This document shows, piece by piece, positions 1 through 12,100 of a DNA stretch of 64,000 nt. The translations under genes and the position numbers were made by a program. The stretch covers positions 706,150-770,149 of the forward strand of contig NMRA01000073.1 in the NCBI GenBank assembly GCA_002633005.1, given 5' to 3'. Numbering within the stretch: position 1 is the first letter of the stretch; each line of letters starts with the position of its first letter. This DNA is from Phoronis australis (taxonomy: Eukaryota > Animalia > Phoronida). Below the pieces are notes generated by a model that saw only the letters and a list, made by a program, of their open reading frames with translations, made no database searches and was not told the origin of the DNA.

Positions 1-170
1 ATGGACACCATGTTGATGTGAAGAGGCTGCATTTCAGGCGGGACTAGCTGACCGTGAAGCTCCAGCGCCCCCTTGAGGATTTCTATCTGTTCTCCAAAGG
101 CTTGTCTGAGATTCTGAATGTTGTGCTCTTCTCCTGGCTGTTCAAAAGCGAACTCTTCAGAGAAGAATGC
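1..170 (-). CDS. DOCK3: DOCK exon, end of DHR-2 (AFFSEEF...LELHGQLVPPEMQPLH), truncated by window edge
   Basis: ttacag acceptor; open to position 1. Confidence 0.92.
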
Positions 171-3100
171 CTGTAAAAACGATTAGATCACGCAGATAAG
201 TCGCTGTCAAGTGTGATTAAGTGAGGGTTAGAATTGCTTGATAGATTCAGAGCCACTTTAGTTACCTCTTTGTACTTAGTTATGCCCCCATTGACTGCTG
301 CATCCACCACACCATTCAGTTTCATGGTGAAAGGGTGAAGAGTCTGTGTGCGGTCCTTTCCATAGCTCTTCACCATGGTTTTGAGCACCTTATTCATTGA
401 CTTCACCGTGTCGATGGCTGTCTCCACGGGGCTCAGTGTGGACGTGTGTGAGTGCTTGACTTCGAACCAGCGCAGGATCCCTGGCAACTGGTTGGTCAGT
501 TCGTCCTGGGTTATCTCCAAGCACAGTGTCTGCACATAAAACAGATTAATTCCTTTAAGGCCACCTGAAGTGAAACCATTATCTTGGGTCATGTTTTGGG
601 GTGGAACTCATCACTTTGAACCATAGTGATTTACCATCTCTTAATTACACAAGATGACACCGTATTCATTTAAATTGCTTCGGTTAAAAGATTCACCACC
701 GCTAACTTGATTTCCAATTTGACCTAAACAGCGCCGATGAGATTTTCAAGGATGAGTATTGAAGTCACCAATTCAAAACTTTAAAAACAAAAAACACCTG
801 CCATGAAATGACAATTATTGTACGTACTTAGGAAATGTTGCTTGTTCATACTTTCATAAGAGTTACTGGTATGTTAAACATGGTGTAAAGATGGTGAAAC
901 AGCTTGTGTGTGTGTGTGTGAGTGTGTGTGTGCGTGCGTGTGTGTGTGCGTGTGTGTGCACTCTGCGTGATCTCACTAATTTCGGATGCACATAAATGCC
1001 AAAGTTGACGATTCTTTGTTTTTCAAACTTTAGGCTTCTAACAGATTTTGAATACCCAGTTTCTCAAAACACTGTCTGATCGTGGTAGCTAGAGGAAGGA
1101 ACTGATAAAGCACTTAATATTTTGTTTTTCATCTTTTATGAAAAGAAATGAAAAAAATATATTTCACTTGTCTGCCACAGCATGTGTCCTAAATTGATGA
1201 AATTTTATTGTATAACAAAAAAGTCTAACTCAGAAATTTGTTAGTGAGGTTGCCATGTCCAGTTCAACTCACCTTGAATTCACTATCTTTGTTCTTCACT
1301 CCCCTGTGATACGGGCGTCGGGACTCAAACAATGTTACATCATTACGGCTGTAGAATGAGAGAATTTCTTCAGGCACGACCTGACCTTTGAACTCTTCCT
1401 TGTCACTGGGGATTGGCCGGACTTCACAGATTTGAATACCTACATTCTTGTCAAGGAAATAGAACACTCCACAAGCAAAGATAAATAGTTCTTGCCACAA
1501 TAAAATGAAGAAATTTTTGTTGAAATTATGCCACGTACAGTGGACCTTTTTAATGCAACTTAACTTTGAAGTTCATAGTACTTACAAATAAACTCCACAG
1601 TGTGAATAATACGTAAATATTTGGCTGTGTAGCTTACAGACAAAGGTTTTTTCATATGGCAATACTCAGTAACTGCATGTCATACAACTGTTTACATGCA
1701 CTTCGGACTCCGTTTGACATTGGATGGCATTGCGTAATTGTGTATGTCAGCTGGTGACAAGTTAGACATTTATTTGCCTTTCTCTGGGTCTTAGGCCGTA
1801 TGCTTGGAAGTTGTTGTGTACTAGAATGCAAAGAATAACAACTGCCAAAGAGTATAGAGAAGTTGTGTTTCACCGATTTCCAGCGGAAGACGGTCACTTG
1901 GAGTTGGCTCACTCTTGCCAAAAACGCAGCACTCTCCATTCACACCACAGCTAAAGTGGTGCAAAATTATTGTGCGTGCAGCAAACATTTCTTCTGCTGG
2001 ATAACAAAATGCTCAACATGTTCTGAAGATGGATGCCATACAATTGGTGTTTCCCTTCTCTGCTCCGTTGTTTTAATTTTAAAACGAGAAGCGTTGCAAG
2101 CTATAGCCACTGTAGAGACACTCAAGGTCATGAAGTTTATTGTTACCATGTGTGAGAAGTCACTGAAGCGTCCAAGGTCAGCAACCAGCAGAGCCACTGA
2201 CCCTATGTATGTGAATCGTGGTCGGCAACTAAACCCATTTTCCATCCATAGCTATAAAAGCAATGGCTAAATCCCACTCAACTGAATTCAATCTACGACA
2301 GTCCTAGACTAGTCGTCAAAAGCACTGAAAAATTATGGCGATTTTTGGAAAATAGTATACAACCAAGAGAAGCGGACAATAAATCATCACACAAACAAAG
2401 CCGATGGGAATGTTTCAGGCCACAGGCGTCACGATCTGAGTAACCCATGTGATAATAATTACAACCCGTGTGAATTTAATTGAGACTTGAAAATTTATCG
2501 TATTTTAACCAAAAATGACCCTAAAAGTGGCTGCCTTCGTCTTTTAACAAACTACAGTCATGTATCAGTTTAATAACAGACAGGATACACTGTATGTCCT
2601 TGTTTTTAGTTTCATCGTCCGGAGGATCCAGTGTAGACAGTAACTCAGCGTTGGGAAACTCACTCTGCATTCGATGGCGGAACGATCCAAGCTTCTCGTA
2701 TTCATCGCCGCGGTACACAAACAACTTGTTCTGAAACATCACCACGTGAGCAAAAAATAATTTTAAAAATTTACCTCTCAATTGAACCATACTAACAGCA
2801 AAATAAAACAAAGACTAATCACCAGCTGTCAGAGGCAATCGTGACCAGGGCAAGCTTATTGCTAGGGTCACCTGGTGGCAAGTTCGCAAAACAGGGACCA
2901 ATATGACAGGTTTGTCATCGAAATCACAATAAAACGTAACAACTTATGGAGATCACTCATTATTCAAAATATACTTACTGAGAGTCTGTGAATATTACTG
3001 ACAGTGATAACAGGGGAAATTCCCAGAAAATTATGGTGGCTATTCATATCAAACTTGTAAAGACCACCATCAACAGGGACGTTGGTATTGAGTTACCAGA

Positions 3101-6100
3101 CATTGATAACTGTGTATTGACTCACTCACAGGTGTATGTTCCGGTCGGCTATAGTTACGTCATTATGAGGAAGACTGCAGCCCAAGGCAGTCAAAAGCTA
3201 TTAAATCTCCCTGCATGTAATAACTTGTATTACAGACAGTAAATTATTGAGGAGTTTTTGGCAATATAATTATCAAAATTTATTACTAATTATCACAAAA
3301 ACGGTACTGAGTAGATGTTACAAATGAGTAGTCTTACAGTTGGATAAAACGATTTCAAAATCAGAAAAGGAGAAAACACGCACCCACGTTGAAAACTTAC
3401 CCGTAAAAATAATGGAAACTTCTTGCCGTAAAATCCAACTCTATAATAGGAACTGCCCTGGCGAAGTTGTGTAAGAATATTCTGGAAGAACGTGGCCTGT
3501 GTTTGCTATAACAAAAATGAATTAAATTAATGAACGATAATGTAGGACAATAGAAAAATCTCCAAATTTGTCTGTCAGAACTGAATCTTATCTCAGCATT
3601 GACTGATAGCTTCCAAATACCATGCTTTACACTAGTTGTCCAAAACACTCTGTTAGGAATTGTTTTTATAATGATCCACTTTTGCAAGAGAAGCTATCGA
3701 AAGCAAGATATTAATTCATTGTTTTTATGAACAATTTCAAAACTTATGTCCAACCTGGTTGTAGACAAAATAACCAGCCATATTCAGGGCCACCATCATC
3801 AGCTTAAAATAGTTGTTTTTCTTTATCTTCTACTTACCAGAATAGAACTTAATTTTGCATAGTCAAACTTCTTCTCATACAACCATGCCAGCTCTTTGCA
3901 TAAAGGAATGCCATACTCCCAAGACTAGAAAATAAAAACATTTAACTGTGAATCACCACAAGTTCTAACACGACCCATCCAAATACTTCAGTGCAGCCCT
4001 GGACTCTTAACCAAATGCACTGGACCAAGAGGTTGTGAAAACTAACTAGTTGTTTGTTGCTAAGTTAAACTTTTTCGATATTCAGTCAGTACTTTTTTCC
4101 GTTTCCAATTAGATCACTCCAGAAATTAAAAACATGTTTGAACTTCGGGAATAGTTGACAAAAATGTTCCACACTGATTCGACAGCAAGAACATTCAGTA
4201 AATAAATAAACAGTTCCAGGGGCAGATCCAGGATTTTGATTGGGGNTGCCAAATGGAATCTGAGAAAATTTTGGGGGTCCATGGTCCCCTTGGCTCCCCC
4301 TTGAATCGACCACCGTTCTTTAAACAACACCGATTCACTCACAGCTCAACACACTCCATGAGAGAGGTCTCACCTTCCCTTGGTCAAAATAGCCGATAAT
4401 GAGTTCATACAGTTGTCGTTTCCTCTCCCATTCCCGTTGCGCTGGGTATGTGCCCTCTGCATGCATCATGGCATCACCCCAATCCAACATGTCTGCGTGC
4501 AGCTTCAAAGTGAAACCAGCCTCAGTGAAGTTTCGCGCGGCAAGGTGAAGGTCGCATAGCTTGTAGATGTAGCGAATGTACATCTCTTCCCGATTGAACT
4601 CGTTCTTGTAGAAGTTCTGCAAAGGGAGTAGATACTATTATGTGAAACATCTCTCCTTGGGAGTCAATAGTGCCGTCTACACACAGACTTACCCTAGAAC
4701 AAGTTACTCCAGTTGTTGCTAGGTTTGACTGTCGTGTGGACACTATTTAAATGTAGCGCAACTTACTCCAAATTACTGAGGTGAGGTAACTTGTTCTAGG
4801 GTAACTTGCTCTAGGGTAACTTGCTCTAGGGTAACTTGCTCTAGGGTAACTTGCTCTAGGGTAACTTGCTCTAGGGTAAATTGCTATAGGGTAACTTGTT
4901 CTAGGGTAACTTGTTCTAGGGTAACTTGTTCTAAGGGTAAATTGTTCTAGGGTAACTTGTTCTAGCCAAAGGGTAACTTGTTCTAGGGTAACTTGTTCTA
5001 GAGTAACTTGTTCTAGGGTAACTTGTTCTAGGGTAACTTGTTCTTAAGGGTAACTTGTTCTAGGGTAACTTGTGCCACTTTTGATTCATGTGTGGCCGCA
5101 AACCTGGAGCAAGGCGGAAGTAATTATGAGCTGCAGTTACATACAGACGGGGTTTCTTTTGTGCTCTCTGCTCGCATTAGGAGTTCATTGTCACACACGA
5201 CAACTTCCGCCTTACCCCAATTATCGGATCTGTGTACCGGTATGTGTGTGTGGATGCTCCACTTCAAAGTGGGGAAAGATGCACTAGATGCAAGTTGTTC
5301 TAGGGCAGGGTGTCTGTGGATGGGACTAAAGTATTCCAGGCTTGCCCATTCAGAATCCATAGGGGGTAATAAAATAATTATATTCTCAGCCAGGACTAAA
5401 AACCTGTGTTAAGTTAAACTGAGAGTGTAACAGGACTAAGTCCAGGGTTCACAAACAGCTTTATTTATAGGCTTTGCATGTCAATTTCAAAAGGCCTATT
5501 GCGTGCGAATGACATCCATGATTCACGGGTGTCTGCAATATTCTAAGCCACTATGTGGGACTAGTCACCCCCTCCAAGTCCAAAATGGGAACAGAATCAT
5601 GGTCTCTTGTTTTATTTCGGTTCTTGAAACACGCAAATGATTTGCTCTTCCCACAAAGACCTTTTAAAATGCAACACACTAAAATCACCTCGCCAGAAAT
5701 ACATGGCAAACAGTACCTGCACATTCCCCTGGGACACAAAAATCTTATTCCCTGCATAAGCGCTGGCCACTATTTCATAACACAACCATAACTTAATTCA
5801 CCAATCTAATGCTAACAGTGTTCAGTGAAACAACTGCATAAAAAGTAAGTTGCAATGCTGATGCCAAGAAATTTGACAAGTGGAAAATAAATTATGGATA
5901 CGAATTGACTTTTTGTTTGCTTGTCTGACCCTGTCGGAAACTAGGTCAATCATTTACTTCTGTGCATAGAGAGCAATTTGGTATAAAACTATTAATTCTT
6001 AGAAAGAGATAACTCACTGATTTAAAGTACAGACACTCGCCTTTCATGAGATCAATCAACTTTTGGTGTTCCTGATGCACTGTTGTCTTGGAATAACACT

Positions 6101-9100
6101 GAATGACTTGTATCATATTCAAATTTTTGGCAACCTTCAACAGGCCAACATAACCTCAGCCATTAAGGACACAGAGAGCAGGACAATCTCCTTTTGTACA
6201 CAGAAGATAATAATTAGCATCAAAGTGTTGCTTCGCAAATTTAGTTCAAGCCACACAGCAGCTACCACCACACAAGACTTTGAAATATTGGGAGCCTTCA
6301 AAACATCTTTTGAAAACATAAAAACGGATAATTCTGATGATTTTCTTGTCCGAAATTGTTGAGATTTTGCTTTTTTATGACAAAATTTTCAATTTTTAAA
6401 AATGTACAAACTGTCTTATCAAAGCTCTTACCAGTAGATTGTAAGTACAGGTCATTTTCTTGCCCCGATTCTCTTCTCCGTCCATAACATTACGATAATC
6501 TAACAGTCTTTCTAAAAGGCTCGTCACAGACTTGATGAACTGTGTACCGTTTTTCTGCCATGACGGTTCTTTTTGTACTTTCTCCAATAATCTAAAAGGA
6601 AAAAGTAACAATTTACACGATAAGTAAAAATCAAACTAAGGATCTTTCACAAATGCTTGCCCATAAACTATCAAGCATATGACTTAACTACTAGGCAACA
6701 AACAATACAAACTGTATACAATCATAAAGTAATAGAATAGTACATTCTACAGTAACTCTCCTGTAACATGCAATAAAGTGACTTCTGGTCAAAGCAGCAA
6801 AAGAAGCGATTTACATAAAGTCATCCAATAAACAATGCTGATGAACTGAGAATACTGCCGAAGGGTGATAACATCGAATGATATCACAAACATTGTTGAT
6901 TTCTGCTGTTTATAGTTCCCGTCAACTACATCCATATGAGAAGTGTCCCAATGGTACGAAAAGAGTCCCTCATTTGATTTGATTGGAATAAAAGATTGAT
7001 ATTTCTGACTCATGTTCATTTCAAATAACTAATAGTACGACAGATGGCGAGAGAAAAGACAGTAAGAAACAACAAATTATGAACAACAGTGACAAGAAAA
7101 CAGAATCATATCAGTCTGCTGTAGCTTGCAAAGAAGTGACAAAACTCTATTCCATGTTGAATTTCGGAACCAAAATTCATTCTGCAACATCACCACTGAT
7201 TCACTCAGTCTGTTAATTCTCCATAGCTGAAGTCCTTCTCTGGTTTTTCCAAAATTCGATGCAACTCGACGGACACGACACCACCAAATGTTTCAATTTT
7301 GAAAACTACTGCATTCACGCAACTGATTAAACTTATCTGCACACAATATACCAAACACTACAAAAGTAAANAAGAACTAGTAACGAGGTCAGGGTAATCA
7401 TGCGGTGACACTTACGAGACTGCCAAAGTTTCCCTGGTGTGCATTCACGACAACAAAATCATAAATGATTATGAAACATGTACACAGACTACTTAATACC
7501 CAGAGTAGACCTCAACTTTCACAACAAAGATAGCAAATTCTAAATTTAAGGCATGAAATTCACGAAGACTGACAACCACTGATTAATATTTTAAAGGACT
7601 AAAAAATAATGGTGTTAACAGAATTCAACCTCATACTAAACAGTAAAGCCTGTACTTGACAGACAGCTTCAACGGTCGCAACAGATACCATGATGATGTT
7701 CCGGCAAGTTGACACTGAGAAAGTGGCCAACGGTCAACAAGAACTTTAAGTGAGTACAAGCGCAACCCCCAGGGACCCATTAAGAGTTACATGCCATTCC
7801 CCAACCATCAGCTGTGCTTCTTACTAGTTGGGAATACAATAGGCACTAACCACAGCGTCCTGCACTTTGATGACGTGTGACTTTTGTTTAAAGAGCAGAG
7901 ATGGATGTCAGAGGTAACTGCTGCTTAGTTGTGGCAACATACGTGCCGTACTTTCCACACCCATTTTCGACAGTTGGGGACTGTATTGAAAATTGAACAT
8001 TTTCATATTAGCTAAATCAACTTCCTTTATTTCACAGATGGCATTAATTATGATATTTTCTGAAAAAGTAAGACTTGGCACTCCAGTAAATTACATGTCC
8101 CAACATAACAGCCACCTGTGGAATACTAATCATGTATTTGATGGGGGTGCAGAAAGATAGTTGGTACAGAAAAAAATTCAAGTGCTTTGTGATTTGATGC
8201 AAACTATGAAAATATTACTTACAGCATCACACATTATGGAATTTATTTTCACTGTTTTAAATTTGTATTATTCCACGTCCAATACTTGCAAAACTGGCCA
8301 AATTTCGAAGTCAAATTTCATGGAAACTGAGTGTGTACTCAAAACAAGGGGACTTTTATAAAATACAAATTATGGATTGTGAAATCAAAAACATTACAAG
8401 AGCAATGCGGAACACTTAAATGTGTCCACGACTGCACCACAAATGGTGTGCTTCTAAGGGTGTTTATTATTTAGTATGATCATAAAAGTGGCCAATAGAT
8501 GGCGCAGGATATGCTGAACAGGTTCGAAAATGGGAAGGTGTTGTCGTCTCTCCAACAGAAAGTTATTTGTTTAATTTCATGAAAATCAGTCAAGGAACTC
8601 CAAAGATTACAAACGTAAGGCAAAAGTGAAAAAAAGCAAATTGCCATTAGAAAGGAAAGCAGAATCAAACCTATCCATCAGATGTCAAGTTAACAGTGAG
8701 ATTACATTAATTGCGCACTTCCAAAAAGATCTTGCAAGGGGGTTTAGGAGATACAACCACACATGCAAGAATGTCACTAGGGGGCACTGCAAAGTTGGAC
8801 TCATCTGAAAATCCGTGTCAATAGTCCTCTTGTCAGCAGAAATACATCATTCTGTCAATTTTCATACTGATCTTGAGTGATTTGGCATAAAGGGGTAGAT
8901 GATTTGAAAACAACAAAAATGGCCACTAGGCGCCACAGAATATGTCGAATCCATCCCAAAATGGAAAGGTGCTGTCACCTACATAATACAAACTTGTTTG
9001 CTTAATTTCACAAAAATATTATTAAAGAACTCAGAAGATACAGAGGCAAGCATAAAAACTAAAATTATCACTTGGGGGCACAGCAGTAGTCAAGGCCAGC

Positions 9101-12100
9101 AAAAATTGCAGTTAGCTGTTTTTTCGCATTTAAGAGACAACACAAGGAAAATTTTACAAAAGGTCCTGCAAACACTTATAATTAGATATAGCTGAAGACG
9201 CAAAAAGACAAAATCACTACTAGGGGGGCACCACAGCTGTAAGACAATCCAAGTCAGCCACAGTCTTCTCAACAGGAACACATTCAGTAAAGTTTTTCAA
9301 ATGATCCTTTGAGCAGTTTGGCGGAAAAGAGGCAATAAAAACGGCCACTAGGTGTTGCACAAACATCAAACCCATCCGAAAATGGAATGACTTCACCATC
9401 TCCTTAATAAAAACGGATTTGTCAAATTTCACAAAAATGCATCAAATATGAACTCCGAAGACAAACAAAAAAGTAAAAATAAGCCCAGACGAAGGCTATA
9501 TACACCCCCCTTAGTAATGTGCATGTGGGTACATATTGCCTTCAGAAAGGGGTCACAGAAATGGTTTCATTAGTCTCTAGTGGCCTATGGCCCCTGTCCA
9601 ATAACAAGACAATACAGCCAGGGATACATTTCATGAAAAGCAAACAATATAAATAAGTTTTCAGAAATTAGCAGTGGTGCTGATTTGAACCCATTAACTC
9701 CTTAATAGCAGCTGAACGTTCTACTGCCGAACAAAATTCCACACATTAAAATCACTGAGTATTTTAAGCGTATGGCACATGCTTTGATTTCAGCAATTGT
9801 CTGTTTGACAATTGTGAGACTTGCCGATTTGTAATAAAATCACAAAATCACAATGGATTTTGTTGTTCTATAATTCTGGACAAAGTTCAAGAAGTCTATC
9901 CCATCCAACAATAATCCCAAAAAATACACTTTCGGCAATAAAACTGATAATGTCTCTTTAAGACTAAAGTCATAAATTTGGTGAAACTACACATTTTTTT
10001 CTGAAAGACAATTTCCACCTGAGCAAAAGACAGGGTCTCCTAAAATATACCCACAATTGCCAGCTTTTCAGATAATTTTCATAAATTACTTTTTATATAA
10101 ACTTTGTTGTGCTAACTATTAGGCAAAATTTTTTTTCATGAACAGTGAAGGGTAAGTTTCTGACATCGGTCAGTCACTTTCCATGAAACACATCTCAGGT
10201 GAACACTAAAAGAAAGCTAGTCTAATCATCAGTAGTATTGCTTTCAAAGAACAGACTGTAAATCTTGGAATTAAGTGTTCAGTCCTTTAATTGACAGACA
10301 CATGTCTTCACTAAGCAACAAGTAGTGGAGCATGAAAGCTAATGTTTTAACCTTAAACAGATTTACCTAATTAGGGATACCATTTGGTGTGGTAATGAGA
10401 GACATACCCAACTGAACAAACAGCAGGGTAAACAAGGATTGGTATAAGGTCAGAGTTCATTACCTATTATGCGTGTGTTCACATGATCCGGACATAGTAT
10501 TTGTAATATGACAATTTTCAAATAAAAAATTGCCGTCACACGATTATTTAAGACACAAATTAAAGATTTTTAGTATTTCGGAATTGAGAGAATGGACAGT
10601 TAAGCGTGAAAGGACGCAGACAATGTTGAAGAATTCATCACTTAGCCAGTAGAATATCAGGCACAAGATAACAAAGTTACACTCTGCTTTCAATAAGTGG
10701 GTCACCTAACATAAGTTACTTACATTGTGTTGAACAAGTTCTTATACTCCTCGTCTCCCTTATTCTGACTCACTTCGATGTCCAACTTATCAATCAGCTC
10801 TGTTTCAACCTACAACAAAAAATCCTGACTTTATCACAGAAATTGTACGTCATTGTTCTTGAGGCAGTCACAGCTACAGGGCTAACATATTGATATTTCA
10901 CAAGCCAAATTCTCATTTTATCTCCTTCACTAATACCTGATACTTACCTCCTTAAATTTTGACATTTTCCTACGAAGAATAACCTTTGGGGAGGCCATGC
11001 TGACCAATCAAATAAAAAACCACACGCTGACCGAACCAATGCAACTATAGGTTCCTGTCCTTCAAATTCAAATGCAATTTATAAGTAGCCCATTACATTC
11101 CATACTCTGGTCATCCAAAATATCTTGATTAAAAGCGCAAAAATTACAAAACTTTCATCAAAAATCCTCACAGACAAATAATACAAAATAGTTGCGAAAT
11201 GCTGCAGGTCACATGGGCACTGGCTCAGGACAACAAAATGACCACCAGTTGATCAGGCAGGCAATGAAGCACAGCTGACACCTGACCTTGGATTTAGGAA
11301 CATGTGGAGCATACATATGGCTGGCAATTCAGGTCAAAAGGGTGAGCAATGTTGGCACATTGAAATACCCAATGAGGTCTTGCTTTAATAAGTGTCAATG
11401 ACGATAGACACGGAATGGCAGTATAGCATCGGGTCAAGAATGACCCCTGCAAAGATAAAAAGACAGATCTTATTTCCATCTCCAATGAGAGAAAATCATG
11501 CACTGTCATAGTAAAAAGTTTGATTTCTAGTAAAAAAAACTGTCTGAATGATTACAGCGGATTCTGCCCAATTTGGAGTCAAAGGTTACTGGACTTAAGT
11601 ACTGATCAGCGTCAAACCAAGTCACTAATATATCTCTGTAAAGTAAGGAACATTTTAACCGTTCCTCAGTTTGATCAATTCCTTGTCCTAAGTGATGAAT
11701 TATTATGGGATGTCTCGTTTCTCATGACTGTTCAAGAACAACACTTTCTCACCTGTATGTTTTCAGCATTCTAGCTCAGTGCGTGTGTTTCAGTTTGTGA
11801 TATCTTGCCACTAGGTGGTTCAGTGATTGAAATATGAAAACAGATTGCTGAGTGCCAAATACATTAATCTTAAAATTAGTGTGGATTTTTATACTATGGC
11901 TATCATGACATTTTCAAACTTTATTTCAGTTCCAAATCCAATACTGTATTGGCTGATCTAGGATGTTCCGAGGGGGAGCACGACCAGGATATCCAAAGGC
12001 CAACCGTTTGCAATATAGTTTAATGCACAGAGGGTCCAACAATGACATGTGCCACCACCAGGCATGCTGTTCTCCCATAGGTATCTCAACATCATAATAA

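Noticed and set aside
1652-2270. Overlapping 92-135-aa ORFs in the U12 intron, faintly THAP-like
   Set aside because: No intact motif; any resemblance needs several frameshifts. At most a decayed transposon.
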